Assembly: GCA_965222575.1 (NCBI GenBank)
Contig: OZ244958.1
Coordinates: 384,001-448,000 of the forward strand
Direction of reading: 5' to 3'
DNA: 64,000 bases
Source: Alphaproteobacteria bacterium
GTDB taxonomy: Bacteria > Pseudomonadota > Alphaproteobacteria > G965222575
Positions 40,690 to 57,800 of this stretch are shown piece after piece (positions within the stretch are counted from its first letter, which is position 1; every line of letters begins with the position of its first letter). Both the position numbers and the translations under genes were made by a program. Below the pieces are notes generated by a model. The model was not told the DNA's origin, made no database searches, and was given only the letters and a program-made list of their open reading frames with translations.

Positions 40690-41074
40690 ACAACATCTCT
40701 CTATTATACCCTATCCTGCCACAAGATACAAAAATATCTCCTACAATTAAAGTCCCACAGAAACCCCACGAGAACCCCAACTTGCGCACAACAAAAAGGC
40801 AAGAGGCCTACTTGCGTTTTCTACCAGAAAAAGGGACGAATCCTAATGACACGGAGAGGGGGTTGGACAATGCTAGAGACTACTGTTAGCAGTCAATGAC
40901 GGGGGTGCCTTGTACCTACCACTAGCTACATCGCCTTCAATAGCCATTCTATCCTCCTGCCAACACAACCACCAATGACCAAAAAATTATAAAGAAGAAC
41001 CCGCAACCACTTGTACAAACTCTTCAACATAAACTTCCTGCATTACCCGTCTCCTTACTAGTATGTGTCTTTTG

Positions 41075-42130
41075 ATTTCTCCTAAACCTAAGACAGGAGC
41101 CTACTTTACCAAAATAGCCCACCATGTAAAGCTTTTTGACGAGTCGGGAGTAAGAGTATCCACGAGTCATAGCGTACCACAATTTCTCCAGAGAGCGGCA
41201 TTTTATAACAGGTGAGGTGACGAGGAGCGCGTGACTATAGAGGCGTCCTTTTCTGGTCTTTTCCCAAACACAAATAGCCCACCATGTAAAGCTTTTTGAC
41301 CAAAGACAAATAGCCCAAATTTCTCCAGAGAACCATGTGACTAAGCTTTAAAGCTTTTTGACGAGTCGGGAGTGTATCCACGAGTCATAGAATTTCGCAT
41401 TTTATAACAGGTGAGGTGAGTAGCGCGTGACTAGAGGCGTCCTTTTCTGGTCTTTTCCCAAACACAAATAGCCCACCATGTAAAGCTTTTTGACGAGTCG
41501 GGAGTAAGAGTATCCACGAGTCATAGCGTACCACAATTTCTCCATTTTATAACAGGTGAGTGACAAGGAGCGCGTGACTATGTCGGCTTTTTGACGAGTC
41601 GGGAGTAAGAGTATCCACGAGTCATAGCGTACCACGATTTCTCCAGAGAACGGCATTTTATAACAGGTGATGACGAGGAGCGCGTGACTATGGAGGCGTC
41701 CTTTTCTGATCTCTCCTAAACAGGTAAGACAGGGCATTTTATAACAGGTGAAGTGACAAGGAGCGCGTGACTATAGAGGCGTCCTTTTCTGGTCTTTTCC
41801 CAAACACAAATAGCCCACCATGTAAAGCTTTTTGACGAGTCGGGAGTAAGAGTATCCACGAGTCATAGCGTACCACAATTTCTCCAGAGAGCGGCATTTT
41901 ATAACAGGTGAGGTGACCAGGAGCGCGTGACTATAGAGGCGTCCTTTTCTGGTCTTTTCCCAAACACAAATAGCCCACCATGTAAAGCTTTTTGACGAGT
42001 CGGGAGTAAGAGTATCCACGAGTCATAGCGTACCACAATTTCTCCAGAGAGCGGCATTTTATAACAGGTGAGGTGACGAGGAGCGCGTGACTATGGAGGC
42101 GTCCTTTTCTGGTCTTTTCCCAAACACAAA
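41075..42130. repeat. Tandem array of a 160-bp unit (about 3 intact plus several scrambled copies) between tRNA-fMet and 5S rRNA
   Basis: TAGCCCACCATGTAAAGCTTTTTGAC at 41115, 41275, 41469, 41811 and 41971. Confidence 0.9.
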
Positions 42131-42264
42131 TATAGGATAGGGGAACTGAATAACCAGTACGAGTCTGTTTCATACGAATGCACTTGAGCCACTTGGTCAA
42201 AGCTACAGAAGCATTACCATTACTAATATCTTGAGGGAAGGAGCCAGTATGGAACCAAATCTTA

Positions 42265-42413
42265 TAGGATGCCCCCCCCCTTGCAATAAGTGCGTGAGGT
42301 CATGACCTTTTCAAGCAACCTTCTCCCACACCTTAAATTCCGCCCCTAAAAGCTTTGGCCATTAGCAACCTTCTCCCACACCTTAAATTCCGCCCCTAAA
42401 AGCTTTGGCCATT
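42265..42413. repeat. Degenerate duplicate of the 5S rRNA 3' end and flank, with a 50-bp tandem repeat
   Basis: AGGATGCCCC..CAATAAGTGCGTGAGGTCATG..TTTTCA..GCAAC..TCTCCCACACCTTAA matches 42458..42535; units at 42314 and 42364. Confidence 0.85.
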
Positions 42414-42502
42414 AGACGCAAAGCAACAAGCCTTTGTTGTAAATGAGTTGCCAATAGAGGATGCCCCCCCTTCAATAAGTGCGTGAGGTCATGTACTTTT
42501 CA

Positions 42503-42620
42503 GGCCAGGCAACGTCCTACTCTCCCACACCTTAAGATGCAGTACCATCGGCACTGTGGCATTTAACGACCGAGTTCGGAATGGAATCGGGTGGAACCAC
42601 CACGCTATAACCACCTGGCC
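42503..42620 (-). rRNA. rrf: 5S rRNA
   Basis: Minus strand CCCGATTCCATTCCGAACTCGG..GCCGATGGTACT..GGGAGAGTAGG; complementary termini. Confidence 0.95.
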
Positions 42621-42723
42621 AGAAAAATACACCCCCAACAACCCCCTATCATCATCCCCCGCGCTCACTCACCTCCATTAGGAAACTCTAAGATAACTCA
42701 CTACTACACATGAACCCCCTCTC

Positions 42724-45470
<2,747 letters not shown>

Positions 45471-45577
45471 GAGATTTTAAGTTCATGTGCAGTAATCAGT
45501 CATCAAAGAGAATACACCCCCCTACAAACTCTTCACTCATTACAGCACTTGCGGTGTTGCTTTTCTTATTTACAATC

Positions 45578-45649
45578 TCAAAGAACCACAGACAACGCCT
45601 GCTATTTTTCCCCCTTCGTCATTATGAGAAAATGAAGGGAAAATGGCAA
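45578..45649 (-). promoter_or_regulatory. Promoter and boxA-like element for the 23S-5S transcript
   Basis: Minus strand TTGCCA-N17-CATAAT (45649..45621) preceded by A-tracts; GGTTCTTTGA boxA-like sequence downstream. Confidence 0.6.
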
Positions 45650-45860
45650 CCTTTTTTTCTTTTTTCTCAGACCTTCACTTTGCCCGCTACCATAAGCCTA
45701 TTCTCTCCTCTTTTTCGCATCACCCCCCCCAACAAGAAAGCTTTTTTTAACAGATTTCTTTTACACTTTGCTCTCATCACAACCTAACTAATGAACCCTT
45801 TAGCTGGAGCATGCAGATTTAGTATCACCTCCTAGCACTTTATAGAGAGAAAGACAGACT

Positions 45861-48800
45861 ATGACGGCACTTGCCCTTCAAGGGCTCTTCAAAAAAGCAG
45901 TTTTCTATCTTCCGGGAGTCTGTCTTTTTTTTATGCACTTTTCAGCTAGCGCCCTACCGCTTAATCCTCAGATTAAAAAAGGGAACGCCCTTATTTCCAC
46001 CTCTTCCCATAAGCTCACCGTTGACCAAAAAACAGAACTCCTCCATGTAGACTGGGACTCTTTTCAACTACAACGCAACGAAGAAATGGAGATACTCCAC
46101 TCTTTTGGCATGAAAGGACTCAGCATCCACCGCGTCATCGGAGCCAACCCTTCTTTCATCAATGGGCGGCTTACTGCTGCAGGACGCGTCGTACTGGTCA
46201 ATTCCAGAGGCATTATCTTCGGGCCGAATAGTATTGTCAATGTAGGGGCTCTGTTAGCAACAACTTCCGATATACTCACCTCCTATGACGAAAACCTGTT
46301 CGCCTTCGATACCAGACAGACCTCCTCTATAGGCGAAATCCTTGTGGAAAAAGGGGCAGTCATTACCGCTAGAGACAGAGGATGGCTTGCTCTCATCGCC
46401 CCCATTGTCAAAGTGCAACGGGGCGCTATTCTCACTGCAGAAGAAGGGATAATCACCTTGATAGGCGGTAACAAATTCCTCATAGACCTCTATGGAAACG
46501 GGTTGGTGAACTTTATTGTCAATACCACAGAAACAGCTTCTTCCCTTATCAACAAAGGGACACTGAAAGGGAATAAGGTCTTCATGAAAATTCCCGCCTC
46601 AAAAAGCGAATCCCCCCCTTCCATAGAACAAAAAGGGCATATTCTCGCGACACACTTCATAGATGAAAAGAACAAGCTGACTCTCGGTACTGTGAAAATT
46701 GAGGGAGGAAGAAAAGGAGAGGTCTCTTTTGCCCAAGACTCTTCTGTTACAGTGAAAAATAAACCGCCACCGCCTCCTAACGCCGATAATGTCCCCCCTA
46801 GTCAAGATGATACCCCCCCCAGTAAAACCGCCCCCTCTCCTCGCGATATCACCGTCTCCATCACAGGGCGAATCGTCACCATAGACGGAAAAATTACCAC
46901 CCAAAGCGGTAAGATAGGTCTCAAAGCGGATACCCTGCTTGTCAAACAGACAGGCGCCCTCATCGTCAAAACCCTTACAGGAGGAGAAATCTTCCTAAAA
47001 AGTCGCGGGGATAGCTATATCTTAGGCACTATAGCTGTAGGGAATATCGCCTATAAAAAGAAATGGATTGCTAGTACGCATCTCCATGACTACCACTTCG
47101 AGACAACCATTCACCACCAAAGCGGGGGAGAAATTTTAGTAGGGGGACAGTACATAGCAACAGGCGGACAGATTATCCTTGATGCTCAAGGCGCCGTGAA
47201 ATTCATCGGCGGAAGCGCAAAAGCAGGAAATGGTAAAAACGCTCTCCTCTCCATCACAGCACAAAAAGGCCTCTATACCAACGGAGTCAGTCACTTCCAT
47301 ATCGACTCAACGCAAATCGGACTCATCCTCTTCAAAAGCCCTCAATCTTTATCTTTATTCGGCGAAATCTTTATAGGAAAAAAGACACATCTCCGCTTGC
47401 AACACCCCCCAACCCAACCCCTCACCTATTCCATCACCCTTCACCTTAAAAAAAAGCAATATCACCTCATCTCTAAACCCAACGGTATACCGACAACACT
47501 GCCTCAAAAACTCCTGCTCGACGGCTTTGAAGGCCAATCCCTCACCGCACCAGAAACCTTCGACCACAAAAACGCCATCGGAGGATTCCTACCAGTAGCT
47601 AAAGCCCTATCCCATGTGAATAAACCCGTTCGTACCCTCGCTAAAGCTTCCAACACCCAATCCCACTTCCTAGCCCTCAGCATAAAAGACAAAGAACAGG
47701 TCTTCCTCTACAAAAGCGACAAAACAGACACAGAATTCAAACTGCAAGACCTCCTGCTTCTGTCCGTGATTAAATCCCCCTCTTCCAAAACCATAAACTT
47801 CGGGAGCGCTCTTGCCCTCACCATGATAGGGGAAACCCCACTCCTCATTGTAGGCGCCCCCACCTACTCTTCTACCAATCTCCCTAACGCAGGAGCTCTC
47901 TTCGTCTATCAAACCCCTTTCACCGCCCCCACACTCACACAAAGCATAATAGGCAAAATGCCCCAAGGATTCCTCGGCGCAAATCTCGCCTTCGTCAATA
48001 CAAATACCCTCTTCTCCTCCCAGTATTCCCCACCCTCTCCCCGCTTCTTCCGCACCGCACAAAAAATCTTGCCCCACTTCCTCTCCTTCACCCTAAACCC
48101 CAGCACCCTAAACCCCAGCACCCAAACCCTCACCCACAACAACACCTACCTCATCAATAAACAAGGAACTGCACTCACCCCTATCCCCTCCCCTCAAACC
48201 ATCACCAATATCTTCATAACCGTTGACCAATTCAAAGGGGGCGCAAACCTCCTCGTCTTTCGCCTGCTACTCCATGTCCCATCAAAAGACCACACCATTC
48301 CAACAGGAATCGTCATCGTCAACACAGCAACTCCTCAAAATAACAACTACCCCATCCCCCTAGCTTGGAGTACCAACCACCAAATCACCTCCTTTCAGCA
48401 GTCCTTCAAAGACCTCCCTTCAATAGACGCCATAGAAATCTATCAATCCCAAAACGATATCCTAAATGTCATGCTCCTTTCCTACCGTGAGCGCGTTATC
48501 AAACTCTTAAAAATAGAACTGTCCCCACAATCCCTACAAGTCCTTAAAATCGACCGTTATCCCATCGACTTGCCTGACTTTTACACCTCTTCCATGATTG
48601 TCATAGGGGGGAAACTCCTCATAGGCTACGAAAAGGGCGTGCTAGCTTATCAAATGAAGGCAAAACCTCATCCCGCATTACCCCAACGTTTCGGTCCACA
48701 ACAAATCATCGGAGAAGACTTAAGAGGCATTGAAACACTGGCCTTTGGAGTCTCCATGGACAGCTATATTCTACCACCCTCTCAAAAAAGACGCCACAGC

Positions 48801-51800
48801 TTATACCTCCTAGCCGTCGGCGCACCCAATGCCGACCAAGGATTTGGAAGAGTCTATCTGTACAGTGGCTCAGATTATCAATCTCTCACACTCCACACAA
48901 TTCTCTCAGGAAAGCTAGAAGACGGCATCAATCCCAACACAGGATGGGGAGTCTCTTTAGCCCTAGGAGACGGCATTCTCTTCATCGCAACGCCTTACGA
49001 CCAAAAAATACCCTTCATCCACACCTATCTCTTTGAAGAAGACTTTGCCTATTTACGAAAAAGTACCACCATCCCCCTAGACCCTCTCCGCATCCAAGAC
49101 AACGAAATCCTAGCCATACATGGCTTAGACATGGATTATAGCAACGGGGTACTCGCCGTAACAAAAACTACAGAAACTTCTACCCATATGCTAGACCTGT
49201 TCAGAATCATAAGCCTCGATTCCATCCTCCTAGTGCAAAAACCATTTCCCCTCTTTACCCCCTTCTACACAATCGCCAACCAACAGCCCCAAGACACAAA
49301 ATTCTGGCCTAACGCCGTAAGCTTCGACCCCACAGGACAACTCCTCGGCGTGCTCTCACGCAAGAACAATATGCTCCTCCTCTACAGACTGCCACAGAAC
49401 CCCAAAAACCTCTTTATCCCCACTGATATACAAGTTCTCGTCACAAAAGACTTTTCCGTAAACTCCATTTCCCTCCCAACCTCCAAAATCACCAAAAGCA
49501 ATTTCAAAACCATAGGATACGGTCTTGAAATCGGACAAAAATATATCTGGGTCTTCGGCAATAGAATAGACAATACTAGCTTCCTGAAAATCCCCTTCAC
49601 CATAAAAAACAACTCCTTCTCCTTAGGACAGAGCAAGTTCTATGATGTCGCACAACAACTCCTCTCCCAACTTCTTTACAGTGAAGTCAAAAGCCTCAAA
49701 GCTGTCAAAAGAGGACAACTGAAAATAGGACTTCTTGAAGACCAAAACCAAGAAATCTTGTGGGGACGTCCCCAAGATGGATGGGTAGTCACCATGAAAA
49801 GCTATAGCCAAACAGAAGGGGAAAAATACTTCAAAATAAAAAACCTCTTCAAAACCTCCGAACAAATGACAATGTACCTTGAAGAAGGATTCGGACAGAG
49901 ACTTGCTACTATAGTGCGCACTAGTACACTCTCTCAAGCCAAGCACTACATTCTAGCAGCCTCCTCCTTCAAACCCCACGCTTCTGTCATCGCCCTCTTT
50001 TTCTCCCCAGCGCCAGACTTCCAAAACGCCTCCCTCTTCGGACTCATCCCCCCCACCACCCACCAGGGCTTCGGTTTAGCACTAGCCCTAGGGAAAAATA
50101 CCCTCTTCATAGGCGCACCAAACGCTAACACCGTCCTAGCCTACACCTATAGAGAAGAAAGCGAAAGAAGGTACGCCGTCACCAACCCTGTAAACCCCAA
50201 AGACCTCAGTCAAGACCTCCAAAAAGCCTTCCTCCCCCAAGTTCAAGCCGGGTTTTCCTTAGCATACCATGATGGAAAAAAACTCCTAGCCGTCGGCGCA
50301 CCCGGTAAAGGCGGCGGGGTTGCAGTCTTTCAGGTCACAGATACCCTCACCCTCATCCCCTTCAGACTCTTACAAGCTCAAGCACTTCCCTACCAGACCA
50401 ACTCTCCCTTCCAAACACTATGGGGAACATCCCTCGTCCAACAAGTCCCCTTCACAAACACTCCAACAGCCCTCTTCGGCGCCTCAGTAGCCTTCCACCA
50501 CACAGGGAACCTCCTCGCCGTAAGCGCACCCGGCATGGGTAAAGTGTTCCTCTATCACGTCAAAACTACCCACCACAACCTCTGGCCCCTCATAGCCCTC
50601 ATCGGCTCCCCAGCACCCCTCGAAGAACAATTCTTATACGCAACCGATAAAACCGCTATCGCAACACAATCCTCCCCCTCAACCTTCGGCGTGCCACACT
50701 CCTACACCATGAAACCTGTGTACGCTATGACACACTTCGGCTGGAATATCGTCTTCCTACACAACCCCTCCAACCAAGAGAATAAACTCTTAATCCTCGC
50801 AGAAAATACCCAAACAGCACTCTTCGCCTACCCCTTCACAACACAACCCCACTTCCAATGGGAAGACAAAAGTATAGGATATTTCCCCTTATCTCATACC
50901 TTCTCTCAAACCCAATCCATAGAAAACCCCATAGGACTCGCTACCCTCCACTCTATCTATGAAGACAGCACCTTCCTCTTTCTCGGCTACGCCAATAAGG
51001 TGACACGCCTGCACTCCAAAGACTTTTGGGCCTCCTCCGAACCTCCCGTCAATCCCTCAGTCTTAAACCTTCGCACCACGCCACTCCATCAAACCCTAAC
51101 ACTCAACCCTTCTCAACCTCAAGCGTTTGCACTCTTTCAGGGATACCTAGCCCTCGGAAACCCCTGGTATCAAGAAAACCTCGGAAAAGTCACCCTGTAT
51201 AAAATTACAGGGGACAACTTTCTGGACTTGACCCTGCTGACAATCCTCTTAGGCAAAGAACAAACAAAAGATGCTACATATTTCGGCTTCTCCCTAGCCT
51301 TCGCCAATCCTTATCTCCCTGAATACGACGCAACACTCTTCATCGGAGCCCCCGGCGGGCAAACAGGAAAAGTCCTCGCCTTCAGCCTTGCCTCTAACAC
51401 CATCACCCTACTCCCTTTTAACTTCCCAACTCTCCCTAATACAAAAGGCTTTGGCTTCGATATCGCCTTCCACAATGACAGATTAATCATCGGGGCACCC
51501 CTAAGCCAACACCAAAACAATACCCCTACAGGCGCCGTTTACTTCTATTCCATCACCTCCAACAACATACAACCTCAAGTCTCTCCTCTCCTCGTCATCA
51601 CCCAAGACAATACCCAGAATCTCTTCCCCCTCTCCCTCCCTCCTCCTAGTAACCATCACCATCTCGGTAAGGTCTTATCCCTATCAGGAGACTATGCCTT
51701 CTTCCTCAGTGCCAACCCCGACCCCTCCACCTCAACCATACACCTCCTACACTACCCCTCCAACGCACAGCCTCAATTTATCGACTCTTACACCTTCAAC

Positions 51801-54800
51801 GCCCCCCTATACGACCTCGTTGCCCTCCCAACAAAGCATCTCTTCCTCCTCACAAAAGATGCTCTTCTCTTCGCCTCATGGCAAACGCAAAACGGCCTGC
51901 AAATCCTAAAAGAAAAAACCTTCACAGAGATTCCCTTCTTCAAAAAAAATTCCCTCCAACAATACTATACAGGCGCCGCTCAATTCTATGAAAAACCCTC
52001 ATTCGCAATGGATAACATAGAGGAAACCCTCTTCTTCCTCAATCCACAAGGATTGTACAAAATCCATTATGAACATGCCCTGCCCGCCGCCAAACCTCTT
52101 TCCATAGCCGTAATGACCACCACGAAAAAACTTACCCCCCAAACCTCTTCTCCAATTCCCCTCTATGTCATAGCCATAGGCATGAAAGAACAAGACAAAG
52201 TCTATCTCCTAGTCGCCAAACAAAACGCCCCAAAATTATGGCACTTAAAACACATCATACACGGGGAAAAAGACACGCAGTTCGGCACTTCTGTTGCTTT
52301 GTCCTCTCAATGGCTAGCCGTAGGTGCTACGGGCTTGAAAACCAATAACAAAATACAGGGCGGTGCTATCCTCTACAGATTAACGGAAACCGATGAAGTT
52401 GTGCTCTCCTCCCCATTGGGAAAAGGTATCCCCATCATAGCAGGCTTTTCTCACCTTTCCAAAGCCGGCTTCTCTGTGGCCGTCTCCAATCAACGCCTCG
52501 TCATCGGCGCACCGCACACAAGGAAAAATAACAAAAAAATCGGCGCCTTCTTCGTCTATAGCTTCTCTCAAAACCAACCAATACCCTTCTCACAGACCCA
52601 AAATAGCCTCTCCTCTTCTCCTCAACACCCTACTCCTTTCGCTCTCCCCGCCTCTCTCCAGAATCAGGACGCCTCAATCGGCTATAGTATAGCCCTAGGG
52701 CCGCACAACTTGCTTGCCGTCTCCGCCCCCGGACAGAAACAGGTTCTCATCTATAACAGTCTCTCAGGCACCTTCCTCACAACCATAGACCCTAATGAGG
52801 ATACGACCAATGACCTAGACAGCTTTGATGCCATACCTTGGCAAATAAACTTCGGTTACAGCGTCACCTTTCAGCCGGGCGCACTTTTGGTCTTAGGGGC
52901 AAACTCTGGTGAAACTCTCATGTTGTATGAGTATACCTTCAGCTTCAACAACAACCAGCTACTAGGGCAAAATTCTCTCGTATGGAATGAGGGCAAGAAC
53001 ATAGAGGCTTCTACTTTAGGGTTCGAAACTTGGGAGCTAGACGACATCTCCAATGTCATAGCAGCAGTAGGGGATAAACTCTTTGTAGGAGGGCAAAGCG
53101 CAAGCCATGTTCTCCTGCTCGATTTTTCCAACGACAAAACCGCCACCATCAGCACCTTCCACAAAGGTCTTTTTCCTTTGGAAAAACTGTCACAACCCCT
53201 AGAAGAAATCACCCCCCTCGCCACCACAGCACAGCCTTTAGCTGTGGATTTCCTCTCTTTGCCATCTTCCCTCTTCTTAATGGCAATTGGCAAGCCTTAT
53301 AAGGACGAGGTTTACATCCTAACATCAACAGCACAAGACCTCTCAAAGTGGCACTTAAAGTTTGTCTTAAAGGGAGAAGCGCAAAGCGCCTTTGGGGCCT
53401 CGTTATCTTTGTACTCGAATCATCATCTCGCCATTGGCGCTCCCTTATACAATAGCAAAACAGGAGCAGTTTACCTCTATGATATCTCTGGAACTTCCCC
53501 CTTGCTCACTCAACATATAACGGCTTTTCCCGCCGCCTCTCAAGGAGGATACAGTGTGGATATGACGCAACACTATTTGGTCATCGGGGCGCCATTCGCT
53601 AGCAGTAGCCCTTCCCTTAGCAAACAAAGCGGGATTGTATACGGCTATCATTACCAGTCTCAACAGAAACGTTATGTCTTGTCTTTTTTGCTCCTGCCCA
53701 AAGGAGGGCAGAAACCTGCCAGTACGCCTGCCGCCCTACAGACCTTAGTGTTTCCCAAACCTTATAAGAGAAAAATGCAGCTTGGGGCTGCTGTGAGCCT
53801 TGAAGGGGATACTCTAGCCGTAAGCGCCTTAGGCTACCAAAGCGTTTATCTCTACAATTTAAGAACCCGCCGTCTCATCGGGGGCGTTGGAGACCTCATC
53901 CAGAAAGCAGGATATCTTAGGCAGTCCTTTGACTCTTTCGGACACAGCTTAGTCTTAAAGCCTGATGCCCTATGGGTACTAGGCACGCCTGCACAGGCAG
54001 ACGGCCTATTCTTGTACCGATTCCCCCTCACAGCTTTTCAACTCACCTCCACCTCCCCGCAAGACCCAACAGCTCTTACGCCCCTTCCCTCATCAGCAGG
54101 AAGCCCTTTCACCTCCTCTCTTTTCGCCCTAACTAACGGCTTCCTAGCAATAGGCGGTACCGGGCAAACAATCACTTTTTCTACAACCCAACACATCACC
54201 AAGCAACAAATAGGCTTCACCATGGAGGAATCCCAAACAGGGATTTATCAACAAGACACTATACAAGGGAGTACGCTTGCTATCAGAAGTGTCAAGGGAC
54301 GCCTACACACCGAGGAAGACTCCATAGAACAGATGTATCTGATTGCCTTAGGCAACCCTGAGAAGAATCAAATTTATCTCCTTGGGGCCTGGGAGCAAGC
54401 CCCTGAGAAATGGTATGTACAACAAATCATTAAGGGGCCTCAATCCTCTCAATTCGGCTTTGCCTTAGACTTCAGTAAGAACAATATTCTCGCCATCGGC
54501 GCGCCGTCCTATAAGGGACGCGGCGCAGTCTTTCTTTACGAACACCCCTCCGCTTTGAACTTTCCGAACTGGCAACACTTAGTCTTAAAACAAGAGATAT
54601 CAAACTTTGACCCCCAAAGCAAGGCAGGCTATGCCCTCGCCTTCGGCGGCAAAAATGACCAATTCTTAGCCATCGGCGCACCCGGTACCCATAGCGGCCC
54701 CACAGCAGGACAAATAGGGGGCGCAGTTTATGGCTATGAACTCTACCAACAGCACTTCTTGCCCGTGTTCCTCATAGCCCCTGCCGATACAAGACTACAA

Positions 54801-57800
54801 CCTCTTTTTTACAAGTCTTTTAAGATACAACATCTTCCCGATAACTTTGTCCCTTCCATGAGATTAGGGGCTGCTTTAGCCTTTGAAGACGACACTCTAG
54901 CCCTAGCAGCACCGGGCGCACAGGCAATTTATCTCTATCACCTCAGTACAGATACGCCCAAAAACAGAAGATTCTTTCAGAAAATTTCCCTCCCCACTGC
55001 AGACAAAACCGTCGGCGAAATCCTCCTCATGGAAAAAACAAGCCTTTTCATCTCCCAAAGAGATAATAACAATCAAATCACTATGCTTGCTTACTACTTC
55101 TCCCTTACAAAATGGAAAGCCTTAAAGGACAGACAATGGAGTCTCACCCTTCCAACCCCCTTCTCTCCCTATGCTATTGCTTTAGTTGATGGGGTCTTTT
55201 TTAGCGCTACGACCGCAGGAGGCATTGAGAAAAAAATCCTCTCTTCTGTCCCTACTACTAAAGTAGTCCTCATCAACGCCGTTTTCCAACAGCCCACAAA
55301 AACCCCAGGGCTTTCCTTAGATATCGCCCAAGAAAGTCAAGAACGAGACCTCATGGCCATAGCACAAGGACGGACAGTCTTTCTTTACACCCTCACTTAT
55401 AAAACCTTAGAACAACGATTCAAAAAAGTGACGCTCAAACAGATTCTACACCTGCCCTCCTCTTCTCCTAACCCCCCTTCTTTACGCGTCGCCCTAGGGC
55501 CCGATAAACTCTTTGTAGGAGACCCCTCCTATCATGGCGGATGGGGGCGGGTGCTGGTCTATGCTCTTTACCCTCATAAAGGACTCTCACTCTTAAGCTC
55601 CCCTCTCCCAAATCAAGGGATAGAACCCCTGAACTTCGGATATGCCTTAGATTACAACCCTTCAATAGGTCTCTTAGCCGTCGGCGCACCCCTAGCTCAT
55701 AAGGGCAATGGTCAAGTGTTTCTGTACCGCTATCAACCCAGTTCTCCAGACCTGCCAACCAATAAATACGGCACGCACGCTTCCTTCTCCTTCACCGGTA
55801 CAAAACAAAATCCCATAGGAGAAGTAGTCGCTTGGAACCCAAATGGATACCTCACTATAGCAAAAGGAAACAACCTCATCTCTTATGCCATAGACCATAA
55901 CGCACAGCCTACTCTGCTCACAGTCGAAAATCCTCAAGATAGAGAACAGTCACAAGGCCACATCCTCCACGCCGCTTGGTGGGATAACACACTCATCACA
56001 CTCAAACAACAAGGTGACCTCTTCTTTCTCTTTGCACAAACCGCTTCCATCACCTCTTCTACCCTCACATGGCAACAGATTACACCCCTCGGAACCTATC
56101 AAGCCTCCTCTCTCTCCTTCGCGCGCTCCCCCGTACTCAACACCCTAATCACAATCCTACAACAACCTCAAACCCTCGCTCTCCTCCAATTCCTCACCCC
56201 CTCTCCACAAACACACACTCCTCAACACCTCCTCGCCATAACAGCTGTCCCAATCTTAACATTAAAACAATCAATCTCAACTCAACTCCTACATGACCAA
56301 CGATTTGAACACTATACCTCCTCCGTCCTAACAACGAAAATTATCTACTATTCACACCAACTCATAGGACCCTTCGCCCAAAACCATCCTTTCTTTATAC
56401 CCTATAAAGAATACAGAGCTTTCTTGCACTTCCAACGCATCAAAGGCCTGATGCAAAAAATCCCTGCTCTCCTACAACTCCCACCTTCCTCAATAGACAC
56501 CATACTCACTCCCATCCTCATCCAAATACTCAAAGACAATATCATTCCTATAAAACCTCTCCCAACTTCCTTTGCATTCCCCACCTTGCCAACAACCCCA
56601 CACAACATTAACGACCTCACCGCATCCATCACACCAGAGAATAACGATATCGAAAACCCCATAGGGGACGGCGGCTTGCCTCCTGTAGTCATTGAAACCA
56701 CCACCACCCCACCTGATAACAATGATAATGATGACAAGAAGCCTGATGAAGACACTGATAACACGCCTACTGACGGAGGCACCTTACCTCCTGTAACCAT
56801 TACGCCTACTAATGAAGACACTGATGACCCAGACATTGATGACAAGAAGCCTGATGAAGACACTGATAACACGCCTACTGACGGAGGCACCTTACCTCCT
56901 GTAACCATTACGCCTACTAATGAAGACACTGATGACCCAGACATTGATGACAAGAAGCCTGATGAAGACACTGATAACACGCCTACTGACGGAGGCACCT
57001 TACCTCCTGTAACCATTACGCCTACTAATGAAGACACTGATGACCCAGACATTGATGACAAGAAGCCTGATGAAGACACTGATAACACGCCTACTGACGG
57101 AGGCACCTTACCTCCTGTAACCATTACGCCTACTAATGAAGACACTGATGACCCAGCTGATAACAATGATAATGACGACAATACGCCTGAAGAAGAAGAA
57201 GACCCCACCTTACCTCCTGTAACCATTACGCCTACTAATGAAGACACTGATACCCCAGGCATTGATGACAAGAAGCCTGATGAAGACACTGATAACACGC
57301 CTACTGACGGAGGCACCTTACCTCCTGTAACCATTACGCCTACTAATGAAGACACTGATGACCCAGCTGATAACAATGATAATGACGACAATACGCCTGA
57401 AGAAGAAGAAGAAGACCCCACCTTACCTCCTGTAACCATTACGCCTACTAATGAAGACACTGATGCCCCAGGCATTGATGACAAGAAGCCTGATGAAAAC
57501 ACTGATACCACGCCTACTGAAGAAGAAGAAGACCCCACCTTACCTCCTGTAACCATTACGCCTACTAATGAAGACACTGATGACCCAACTGGTAACAATG
57601 ATAATGACGACAATACGCCTGAAGAAGAAGAAGACCCCCTATCTCCTGTAGTCATTGAAAACACCAATCCTCCAGATGATAACAATGATGATGATGGCAA
57701 TACGCCTGATGAAAACACTGATGCCACGCCTACTGAAGAAGAAGAAGACCCCACCTTACCTCCTGTAGTCATTGAAAACACCAATCCCCCCCCTAGCAAC

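Noticed and set aside
41402-42200. Minus-strand ORFs in the 160-bp array
   Set aside because: Unit length is not a multiple of three, frames rotate between copies and no family is recognisable
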